This document shows, in pieces, positions 56,703 to 64,000 of a stretch of 64,000 bases of DNA. Within the stretch, counting starts at the first letter, position 1, and each line of letters begins with the position of its first letter. The DNA lies in the IMG/VR virus record IMGVR_UViG_3300025881_000006, positions 1 to 64,000 of that record. One strand, written 5' to 3'. Both the position numbers and the translations under genes were made by a program. This stretch comes from a virus. Below the pieces are notes generated by a model, which saw nothing but the letters and a program-made list of their open reading frames with translations, was not told where the DNA came from and made no database searches.

Positions 56703-57554
56703 ATGTATACTGATAGGAATATCCGCATGAACACACCCAATTACATTGACGTATTATCAAATATTGATATCAATACACCACCTCGTGATATAGAATCATT
56801 ATCTGTTAAATGTGGTGATAATGAAACCATTGCTCATCTATTTGCCTTATGTAAAATTAACATCCCTTTATCGTACGACATACTCTCCCTCACTAATACA
56901 CGAGGGATATCTGTCTATGCTACTATGAGAGATAGTGAAGCGTTATTTGATGGTTGTATTAGATGTTTATCTGCAACGTTTAAAAACGGTGAACCTGTAG
57001 CTCACCTACTCGCTCGTCATGGGTTTAACTTCTTAGAACAACCAGACGTCATGACTCTTGTTGGTTTGAATGGTGATACGACGGCTCATGTACAGGCCAG
57101 AGTGGGCATTCATCCACCTCAGGATAGTAAGTATTTAAAGTTGGTTAACGGTGCTGGTGATAGCGTAGCGTTAATTATGGCTGCCAACGGATATCGTTTT
57201 GGAGACTTAGATAATGAAGTATCTTTAATATCTAACGATGCAGGTTGGAAGGTTATCCATGAGGAAGTAAGTGGAGGTCGTAGAGTCCACGGTAGTAACC
57301 CGATACTATTAGAGTCTTCACATAACGGCACTACCGTAGCTCACCTCGTTGCTTATAACGGCCACGGTAAAGACTTTGGAGATAACCTATATAAACTTAA
57401 AGACCTTCAGGGATTAACTGTAGCGCACTGTGCAGCACTTAGTGGTACAGATACAGTTTTCTCTGATGAGGTATTACAATTAAAGACTAATGATGGAATA
57501 TCAGTACAGGACGTATTGAATGACCCATGTTGTCTAAAGCCAATACTTTGTTAG
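56703..57554 (+). CDS. ankyrin-like repeat protein
   Basis: Repeats ETIAHLFA, GEPVAHLLARHG, GDTTAHVQARVG, GDSVALIMAANG, GWKVIHEEVSGG, GTTVAHLVAYNG, GLTVAHCAALSG. Confidence 0.7.
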   Translation: MYTDRNIRMNTPNYIDVLSNIDINTPPRDIESLSVKCGDNETIAHLFALCKINIPLSYDILSLTNTRGISVYATMRDSEALFDGCIRCLSATFKNGEPVAHLLARHGFNFLEQPDVMTLVGLNGDTTAHVQARVGIHPPQDSKYLKLVNGAGDSVALIMAANGYRFGDLDNEVSLISNDAGWKVIHEEVSGGRRVHGSNPILLESSHNGTTVAHLVAYNGHGKDFGDNLYKLKDLQGLTVAHCAALSGTDTVFSDEVLQLKTNDGISVQDVLNDPCCLKPILC

Positions 57555-57562
57555 GAGTATGA

Positions 57563-58210
57563 ATGAATAAGTTCACTGATAAGTTTCTCAACACGGTTGG
57601 TATTCCTACTGATACCATATCGTTACTAAGAGAATGTTGGGACGAAACTCCTTTTTATAGTAATCTACAATTACCAATAGGGGAGATAGTTAGTGCTATT
57701 TGTGTAAAGTGGTATGACGACGTTGAAGAGTCAAAGCGTGCTATGAATGTAATATTAGATACACTGCCTAAGGTAGCGTTAATACGTGATATTAAAGTAT
57801 CCATTAACGAACCACCACACCCTTGGGCTATATTTGCATTTGATATCGATAACGATAGTTTGCACGTTGCCACTACTGTAGGTCTAACTAAGATTATACA
57901 GGCTGAGCTTATCATGGTACACGCACTACCCATGACGACCATTTGTACAATCTTAAACACCATGGGTACACGCTCCCTACCTTCACGGGTAGACTTTAAT
58001 GTAGTGGATAATATTCTTCCGGGAATGGATACCAAAGCGAAGTTAATAGAGGTACCTGCTATAGCGGTAAAGTCTTATGTTGATATACATGACTTTATGT
58101 ACAAGGGTGAGACTAAGAAATACTATCAGGTAGTACTATCTGACGTGTACGGTATCTTTCCAGATGAAGCTGGATATAGCGGAGCTTACAAGCAGGTTGT
58201 AATTCAATAG
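57563..58210 (+). CDS. DUF4262-like protein
   Basis: TTVGLT...AELIM and C-terminal QVVLSD..GIFPDEAGY. Confidence 0.55.
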   Translation: MNKFTDKFLNTVGIPTDTISLLRECWDETPFYSNLQLPIGEIVSAICVKWYDDVEESKRAMNVILDTLPKVALIRDIKVSINEPPHPWAIFAFDIDNDSLHVATTVGLTKIIQAELIMVHALPMTTICTILNTMGTRSLPSRVDFNVVDNILPGMDTKAKLIEVPAIAVKSYVDIHDFMYKGETKKYYQVVLSDVYGIFPDEAGYSGAYKQVVIQ

Positions 58211-58231
58211 TACGTAACGTATCCTAAAACG

Positions 58232-58255
58232 TTACACCCCTACATTATTCATGTG
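58232..58255 (+). promoter_or_regulatory. early promoter-like motif
   Basis: ttacaccCCTACATTATtcatgTG. Confidence 0.7.
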
Positions 58256-58305
58256 GTAGTACTCACTACTTAAACCCTTAAAACAAAATACTAAAGGAAC
58301 ATTCA

Positions 58306-58737
58306 ATGTCTAAAGAAAAAACAATTACATTCGCTGAAGCGCTAGGTAAAAAGGTTACTCAGGTAAATGAAGGCATCGTCCAATTCCATGAGAATACATT
58401 CAAAGATACTCTTCCAGAAGACTTAACGGTTGAGACGGTACAGAAAGTACAAGACCACTTGAAAGACTTTACTGGGCAGTTTGCTAAGACTGTAGGTATC
58501 GAAGGTGCCAAGGCCATGTCTGAAGATAAAGAACTAAACTCAGTAAGCGCTGGTTTAGTAGTAGGTCGTGACCGTGTCGAAGTGAATGTTCAACGTGAAC
58601 AAGTAGTTAATGATGAAACTCATCTTGGCTATACTGACCTGAAATACACTATGGATTTTGGTGAAGGTGATACTAGCATTGCCAATCAAGTTCGTGAACA
58701 TAATGCCAAATTGTTCAAAGACCTTGTAGGTAATTAA
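58306..58737 (+). CDS. conserved hypothetical early protein
   Basis: Own promoter motif, AAGGA RBS, downstream hairpin agagtgtgggc/gcctgcactct. Confidence 0.75.
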   Translation: MSKEKTITFAEALGKKVTQVNEGIVQFHENTFKDTLPEDLTVETVQKVQDHLKDFTGQFAKTVGIEGAKAMSEDKELNSVSAGLVVGRDRVEVNVQREQVVNDETHLGYTDLKYTMDFGEGDTSIANQVREHNAKLFKDLVGN

Positions 58738-58801
58738 CAAGTTTAGAGTGTGGGCGTTGCCTGCACTCTTTCTTACTGTTTATTTTTTTAGGTAGATTAT
58801 T

Positions 58802-59326
58802 ATGGATATTAAAATGGAGGACGTATTAGCAGAGATACGTGAGGCGTTACAAGATCGTGTTAAACAACTGATGGAAGATGTAAAGTGGATGACAGGCGAG
58901 GATGCATTACTATTCCTAAATACTTTAGCTGTGTACAACATCAATTTAAAGTTCGATGGTAAGGAAGAGTTAAAGGGCGATGGGATTGGTTTATATACAC
59001 TTAACTGCGTAGAAGCTATTTTAAATGCACTAACTGCAAGTGGTACACTACAACCTGGTAGAAAGGTTAGTGAGATATATGGCATTGCCCCTATAGCTCA
59101 TGCCATGTACTGTTTCTTATTTGTAGAGCACTTACCTACGATCGGTTTAAGAAATACTCTAAAATCAATACCTAGTAACGATGTCCATACGCTTATCAAA
59201 CACTACGGTATTAACCCAGACCTAATCCCAATAGAATCCTTTATTGGTGTAATTAGGTTTATATCTCCACAGCCCTCGTCCCCACTACCTGACAATGTTA
59301 AATGCTTAATACCACTGCTTAGATAG
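58802..59326 (+). CDS. hypothetical protein
   Basis: 174-aa ORF; AGGT RBS. Confidence 0.65.
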   Translation: MDIKMEDVLAEIREALQDRVKQLMEDVKWMTGEDALLFLNTLAVYNINLKFDGKEELKGDGIGLYTLNCVEAILNALTASGTLQPGRKVSEIYGIAPIAHAMYCFLFVEHLPTIGLRNTLKSIPSNDVHTLIKHYGINPDLIPIESFIGVIRFISPQPSSPLPDNVKCLIPLLR

Positions 59327-59458
59327 TAGTGGTAATTATGCCATATATGTCTTATTTTTTTGTTGCTTTTTGGTAGACTAAACGGTATTGCTCATTGTAT
59401 GACATAACTATGCTGGCAGGGCTTACATTACCATTTTCGATATTATTAGGGAGGTGTT

Positions 59459-59869
59459 ATGAACACCAAAAGACTACATCTTGTATTAAGTGACCACTTT
59501 ATACAAACAGCCCTAGAGTCTAATGTCAATGTGTTAGGAGATACGTTTAATCATGTTTGTAAGGGCATGAATGTAGAACCTATCAATAACGTTGACTATC
59601 AACGAGCCCAAGCAATATATAACGCAACTGCAATGAAGGCGGAAGCCTGTACGTTTGACGCTCCTGCGTATGTGTATTACTGGTTAAGAGAATACTCATT
59701 AGGTCACAAAGGACAGGGTGACTGTTTCGACATGTTAGTAGAGACTATCATTAATACAAACGTATCCTATTTATTTCTAGATGCTCATTACTACTTTGAT
59801 ATAGATAACGTTGAATCGCTATTTAATCAATGCCTTGAGCTTTTTACACCGATGAGTGGGGTCTATTAG
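59459..59869 (+). CDS. hypothetical protein
   Basis: GGAGG RBS; CTTACATTAC at 59422-59431 upstream. Confidence 0.7.
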   Translation: MNTKRLHLVLSDHFIQTALESNVNVLGDTFNHVCKGMNVEPINNVDYQRAQAIYNATAMKAEACTFDAPAYVYYWLREYSLGHKGQGDCFDMLVETIINTNVSYLFLDAHYYFDIDNVESLFNQCLELFTPMSGVY

Positions 59870-59981
59870 TAAGGCCCAACCTTAATTATATTATGACTTA
59901 GCGTAATGTTGCTATCGATATTGGATAGAGATACTCGCATTAATTCACCTTTTTTATTTATATCAACCAGGAGCAACCATT

Positions 59982-60293
59982 ATGGGCAAAAAAGCAAACT
60001 TCTTAGCCGCAGCTGACCAGTTCTTTGATAGTATCCCACTACCTAAAGTAGAATCTGACAGAGAACGTCTTATTGTTGAGAACTTAGCATCTCAAGACGT
60101 GTTTCTAACTGAAACAAACGAGCAGTTGGCTAGTCGTATTAAGATATACGTCCAGATGACAATGTGGAAATGTTATCGTCTTATGGACATTAACAGTCGT
60201 TGGGACCGTGAAGATATGGCGCAGATGATAATTGATAAGCAAAACAAAGCTATCTCTACATACGCTGCACTTGAAGCACAACCTGCCGAGTAG
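59982..60293 (+). CDS. hypothetical protein
   Basis: AGGAG RBS. Confidence 0.7.
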   Translation: MGKKANFLAAADQFFDSIPLPKVESDRERLIVENLASQDVFLTETNEQLASRIKIYVQMTMWKCYRLMDINSRWDREDMAQMIIDKQNKAISTYAALEAQPAE

Positions 60294-60313
60294 GTCTGTA
60301 CGAATGTTTTACT

Positions 60314-60350
60314 GAAAGGAAGTCTTCGGGCTTCCTTTCTTTTATGCCGT
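60314..60350 (+). terminator. cUUCGg hairpin + TTTTATGCCG
   Basis: gaaaggaagtc-ttcg-ggcttcctttc, TATGCCG at 60343-60349. Confidence 0.8.
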
Positions 60351-60352
60351 TA

Positions 60353-60388
60353 ACGCATAAAAAGACAAGAGACGAATCTCTTGTCTTT
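60353..60388 (-). terminator. terminator of the sheath-tube operon
   Basis: Minus strand: aaagacaagaga-ttcg-tctcttgtcttt then TTATGCG. Confidence 0.8.
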
Positions 60389-60405
60389 AGATATTACGAT
60401 GTTAC

Positions 60406-61260
60406 TTAGGTAGAGCTAGCACGCTGAACTAATTCAGCATAACCATTTTCTACAGCAGATACATCAGCCGTTAACTCTTCAACGAATGGAGCACGATTAT
60501 TAGGGTTTACACCCGTCAAGCTCATTGCATCTAAGAAGCGCTGTGCTGTTGCTTCAACTGTGGCACCTACTTGAGTAATTGCAGTAAACTCAATCGCTTG
60601 CTGCACGTTCTCACCGGGAGCGTTAAGGTCACGACGACCAATGTTCTCACCACCTGTCTTAGGCATCATGTTAGTACATAACCATGCACCCACTACTTTC
60701 GTATGGGTAGGATCAGGTTCAATGAACAACATAGTCATGCCGACGTAGTCAGGTAACAAGTCAGTTGGAGGTGTATCCGCTAGGTTAACCACACGTGGCA
60801 CCTTAGTCTCAGGGTCCATTAGTAGGTTGAGTATCCAACCATCTAAGAACTTATTGACTGCACGACCGTACTTCTCAGGCCAAGTAAAGACAGGTACTGA
60901 ACGTTCACGAGTAACGTTAGCAATATCTTCTTGGAATTCACCACCACCACTAACTGCGTTTTCAGCAAACTCAGCAGTAAGAGTAGATGTTAACCCTTCG
61001 ATAGTTACAGCTTGTAATTCAACAAGACTCTTCAACGTTGCAATCCATGCACCTGAGTCAGGTAAATCACTGAAGCCACGAGGCGCTTCTAACAGAATAG
61101 GTATCATGTTGCGCTTTACATACGCCGCATTAGATACTATTGACTGATAGTCTGCCAAGAAACCATTTTGACCACCTTTAGTTAAATCAACCAAAGGAGC
61201 GTTTGAACCAGCACCGTGAGCCCGACCAGATTCTAGTATTGTATTAGTGACTCTAGCCAT
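60406..61260 (-). CDS. tail tube protein (phiKZ gp30-like)
   Basis: Coupled downstream of the sheath; LLEAPRGF, EKYGR, LFIEPDP, WLCTNMMP motifs. Confidence 0.85.
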   Translation of the reverse strand: MARVTNTILESGRAHGAGSNAPLVDLTKGGQNGFLADYQSIVSNAAYVKRNMIPILLEAPRGFSDLPDSGAWIATLKSLVELQAVTIEGLTSTLTAEFAENAVSGGGEFQEDIANVTRERSVPVFTWPEKYGRAVNKFLDGWILNLLMDPETKVPRVVNLADTPPTDLLPDYVGMTMLFIEPDPTHTKVVGAWLCTNMMPKTGGENIGRRDLNAPGENVQQAIEFTAITQVGATVEATAQRFLDAMSLTGVNPNNRAPFVEELTADVSAVENGYAELVQRASST

Positions 61261-63305
61261 TATTCAAGCTCCTCTCTACGACGCGCTACGACAGTAAATG
61301 TACCTACTGTTTTCATGTTGTTGGCGTACATGTTAATGTTACAACTCCAACTGTAGCCACGAACTGCATCATCAGCCGTGTAATACGTTTCAGGAACGAT
61401 TACTACACGTTGGTCAAAACGACCACTGGTACGCTGTTCAATCAAACGGTTACTACGTTCAATGAACTGTTCATTAGTCAAACTAGAGTTACCCGTAAGG
61501 TCACGCCAAACACGTTGACAAACCTTTTCAAGTTCTACAGCAATCTGCATGGTCAAAGCTGAATTCAATACTGAAGTATCGTCATCGTAAACCGTTTGGA
61601 AAGCAGGATAGAAGAGTGAACGTCTATCGTAGTTCTGTGCCCAAACTAAACCAGCAGCCCAATCTTTGTTCCGTACGCGATCAGATTTGTAGGTATTGTT
61701 TACATTCTTCAACATGGTGATTTGATTAAGTGGAGATTGGTCGTAACCAAAACCAGCTCTTGCAATACCGTTACCGGCACCCATGAAGTTAGCCACTTTA
61801 TCAGCGAAGTCAACTGTTGCAGGTACAAGACCGTTATAGTTAGACCCGGCAAGTTCACCAGCGTGTCCAATGATGACTGCACGACAGGTACTAGTACCGT
61901 ATAGTGAAGACTCAGGATACAAACGCGCAGCAGAACGTAAAGCTATGGCTACAGAAGAATCTTCTTCGATAGTGTTAGCAGGTTCAGAGGCATCTTGCGT
62001 ACCAAGTACAACGTAAAGGTCTTTACGTAATCCAATCGGCGTCAATAACTTCTTCTTAGTTTCTATAGAGAAACCAGAATCGTAAATAGCTGAGAAAGGA
62101 TAAACCGCATCGTCCATCAAGTTATATTCAGAGTTAGCAAAGTTCATTGCCTGCTCGCCGACCAATTGATCAAATGAATCAAATGACATATCGCCATTAC
62201 TACCACCTGACAAATAATGCGTAGCACTATCTGTAAGTAGTATGCCGCCTTCAGAAGGTCCGACTACTTCGAATGATTGGTAAGGAGCACCATCGTAATC
62301 TACTCCGCCGAACATGTTGATTGCGTGAGCACCCAATTCAAGTCCGCCAGTTGCTGTATCTTCAGCAGCATGTAGTAAATCCACAATAGCCTGTACGTAA
62401 TCGCCGTACATGTTAATACTACCAAAGCTACCATACACGGGACCGAAGCCACCTGTGGTATCTGTGTCAGTATAAGCCGCATCTACGACCTTGTTGAAAG
62501 ATAGCTCAGTATCAACTTTCTTATTGATAACGCCTTCTTTAAATGCAAACTCAACATATTGACCACCGTTAAGTGTCTGTTGAACTAACGCACTTGAATT
62601 AGCATCTGCTCTTTCAACTACTTGTAAGCGATATAAATACGCTTCGGTTGTTTCGATGACTTCTTCATCCACAGGCACGGCAGAGCGTGTAGTAGGTGCA
62701 GAAAGTCTAAAGCCTAGGTTATTACCATACGCACCAAAGTGATGTGCAGGAATTTCCATGATAGGGTAAACAGTAGAAACAGAACCATCACGTCCAACAA
62801 GTGAACCAGCTTTAGGAGTAGCCGCATTGAATGCTTCACCTTCTGCCATGGCTTCAGTTAACCAACGCACTTTATAACCAGGAACCGTATCACCAGTTGC
62901 TACTTTAAGACCATTGACATCTAGACGGTAAGTGCCGTCTCCATTTCTTTCATACTCAGGTACATCTGCTTCAACAACTTCACATACAAGACGTACTTTA
63001 GCTTGACTTGCGTCAGTCGGAATTATCCGCTGTACGAAAATCGCATTACCACGGGCATTAACAGTATTTGCCAATACAGTAGCATGATTCGCGAAAGGTT
63101 GTCTGTAATCGAATGACTTGGCACCGTACATTGTAGTCATATCTGAACCACTAACTAGTTGTGGTGCAGCAGGACCGCGTTCGGTAATCAAGTAAACGAA
63201 AGGAAGGTGCATCGGCAAGGCTTCTGCGACCGGTGGTGGAACTCGACGACTTAAATCGTTTATACCGGTCAGATTAGCACGTGGAGCTGCGCTCGTAATT
63301 GTCAT
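61260..63305 (-). CDS. tail sheath protein (phiKZ gp29-like)
   Basis: 681 aa; MYGAKSFD, NHAT, YDSGF..ETK, YPES.LYGT...RA, TVYDDDTSVL, GYSW, NNMKTV. Confidence 0.9.
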   Translation of the reverse strand: MTITSAAPRANLTGINDLSRRVPPPVAEALPMHLPFVYLITERGPAAPQLVSGSDMTTMYGAKSFDYRQPFANHATVLANTVNARGNAIFVQRIIPTDASQAKVRLVCEVVEADVPEYERNGDGTYRLDVNGLKVATGDTVPGYKVRWLTEAMAEGEAFNAATPKAGSLVGRDGSVSTVYPIMEIPAHHFGAYGNNLGFRLSAPTTRSAVPVDEEVIETTEAYLYRLQVVERADANSSALVQQTLNGGQYVEFAFKEGVINKKVDTELSFNKVVDAAYTDTDTTGGFGPVYGSFGSINMYGDYVQAIVDLLHAAEDTATGGLELGAHAINMFGGVDYDGAPYQSFEVVGPSEGGILLTDSATHYLSGGSNGDMSFDSFDQLVGEQAMNFANSEYNLMDDAVYPFSAIYDSGFSIETKKKLLTPIGLRKDLYVVLGTQDASEPANTIEEDSSVAIALRSAARLYPESSLYGTSTCRAVIIGHAGELAGSNYNGLVPATVDFADKVANFMGAGNGIARAGFGYDQSPLNQITMLKNVNNTYKSDRVRNKDWAAGLVWAQNYDRRSLFYPAFQTVYDDDTSVLNSALTMQIAVELEKVCQRVWRDLTGNSSLTNEQFIERSNRLIEQRTSGRFDQRVVIVPETYYTADDAVRGYSWSCNINMYANNMKTVGTFTVVARRREELE

Positions 63306-63513
63306 TTCCGACTCCTTGTTTATCCTAATTGTTATTTCAATCAGGGCTATACAAATAAAATTAATTTAGCTAAGTTAATTTTTAATGGTGAAGTAATATC
63401 TAATATTAAATCATTATACCTAATGACCAAGGCCAATTCTATATAACGACAATGTTAAACGTACATCATACAGATTAGTAAATAATTACCGCTCTTACCA
63501 CAAGGAACTCCCC

Positions 63514-64000
63514 ATGATTAAAAATCCCTACAGTGCCTTTGTCACTCAACACTACCGTATGGACAAGATATATAGCGCTATCGAACCCGCTTTTATCAAA
63601 GGTGAACTGTCGTCGTTTAACGAAGTTCCAGATGGCCAAGATGTCATATATTTGATAACGAGCCGTAATGAAGATATTCCTTCCTTTGCGCACCCCATAC
63701 AGGTTCCTATCTCAGTGCGTGATGATAAGATAGTGACGGTTATAGATGCTCGTCCATTTACCCGTGTTAACAGAGATGACCCTAGTGATTACTCAGTTAC
63801 ACAATCTATGGACTTCTTCATGTCAACCCTGCGTGTTATATTAGAACGTAGTTACGATGAAGGTGAGGGCTATAAAGAACTTTACTTAGCCGGTGATGTT
63901 GCCATGTGGACTTATGTCCGTTGGATATCAACGCAGTTATCAACCCGATTAGCTTTAGACCCCGACAGCGAAATAAAGTTAAGTATGATAGTAGCGTTAC
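63514..64000 (+). CDS. virion structural protein (phiKZ gp28-like), partial
   Basis: AAGGA RBS, ATG at 63514, MIKNPYSAF...IPSFAHPI...IDARPF open to the window end; divergent from the sheath. Confidence 0.7.
   Translation, partial: MIKNPYSAFVTQHYRMDKIYSAIEPAFIKGELSSFNEVPDGQDVIYLITSRNEDIPSFAHPIQVPISVRDDKIVTVIDARPFTRVNRDDPSDYSVTQSMDFFMSTLRVILERSYDEGEGYKELYLAGDVAMWTYVRWISTQLSTRLALDPDSEIKLSMIVAL

Noticed and set aside
53393-63305. Protease lying near tube/sheath as a novel rearrangement
   Set aside because: Differs from phiKZ numbering but matches the order I recall for SPN3US-like phages.
63475-63693. 72-aa minus-strand ORF
   Set aside because: Antisense to the gp28-like gene starting at 63514.
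1-64000. CRISPR array, tRNA or rRNA genes
   Set aside because: No regularly spaced repeats and no cloverleaf or T-loop signature seen by eye; a tRNAscan-SE run would be definitive.
1-64000. Stop-codon reassignment
   Set aside because: Core genes are full length in the standard code, and TAA, TAG and TGA all end genes.

Overview
This window is 64 kb of a phiKZ/SPN3US-like jumbo myophage (Chimalliviridae-type). It is AT-rich and reads in the standard genetic code. Conserved core, in order: minus-strand tail-fibre cluster (1-8.2 kb), baseplate protein and spike, SbcC/Rad50 ATPase, probable two-component spanin, RNase H, UvsX/RecA, the split virion RNA polymerase (gp149-, gp180-, gp178- and gp176-like), gp182/gp181-like tail proteins, prohead protease, tail tube and sheath. 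Three plus-strand accessory islands (10.6-13.5, 37.9-46.9, 54.2-60.3 kb) each begin with an early-promoter motif. Best leads: (1) a fibre subunit with both a T4 gp37-like N-terminal docking motif and a gp36-like C-terminal motif, plus two adaptor/tip cassettes, suggesting a self-polymerising fibre with swappable tips; (2) a recurring hairpin+TATGCCG element, often just ahead of an early promoter, that delimits cassette-like units; (3) a modular repeat-protein family expanded between the two large vRNAP genes; (4) a structured, strand-asymmetric non-coding element at 43.0-43.3 kb; (5) three promoter classes readable from sequence; (6) a gp181 homologue apparently lacking its lytic domain. All homology calls come from motif recognition and recalled gene order, not database searches.
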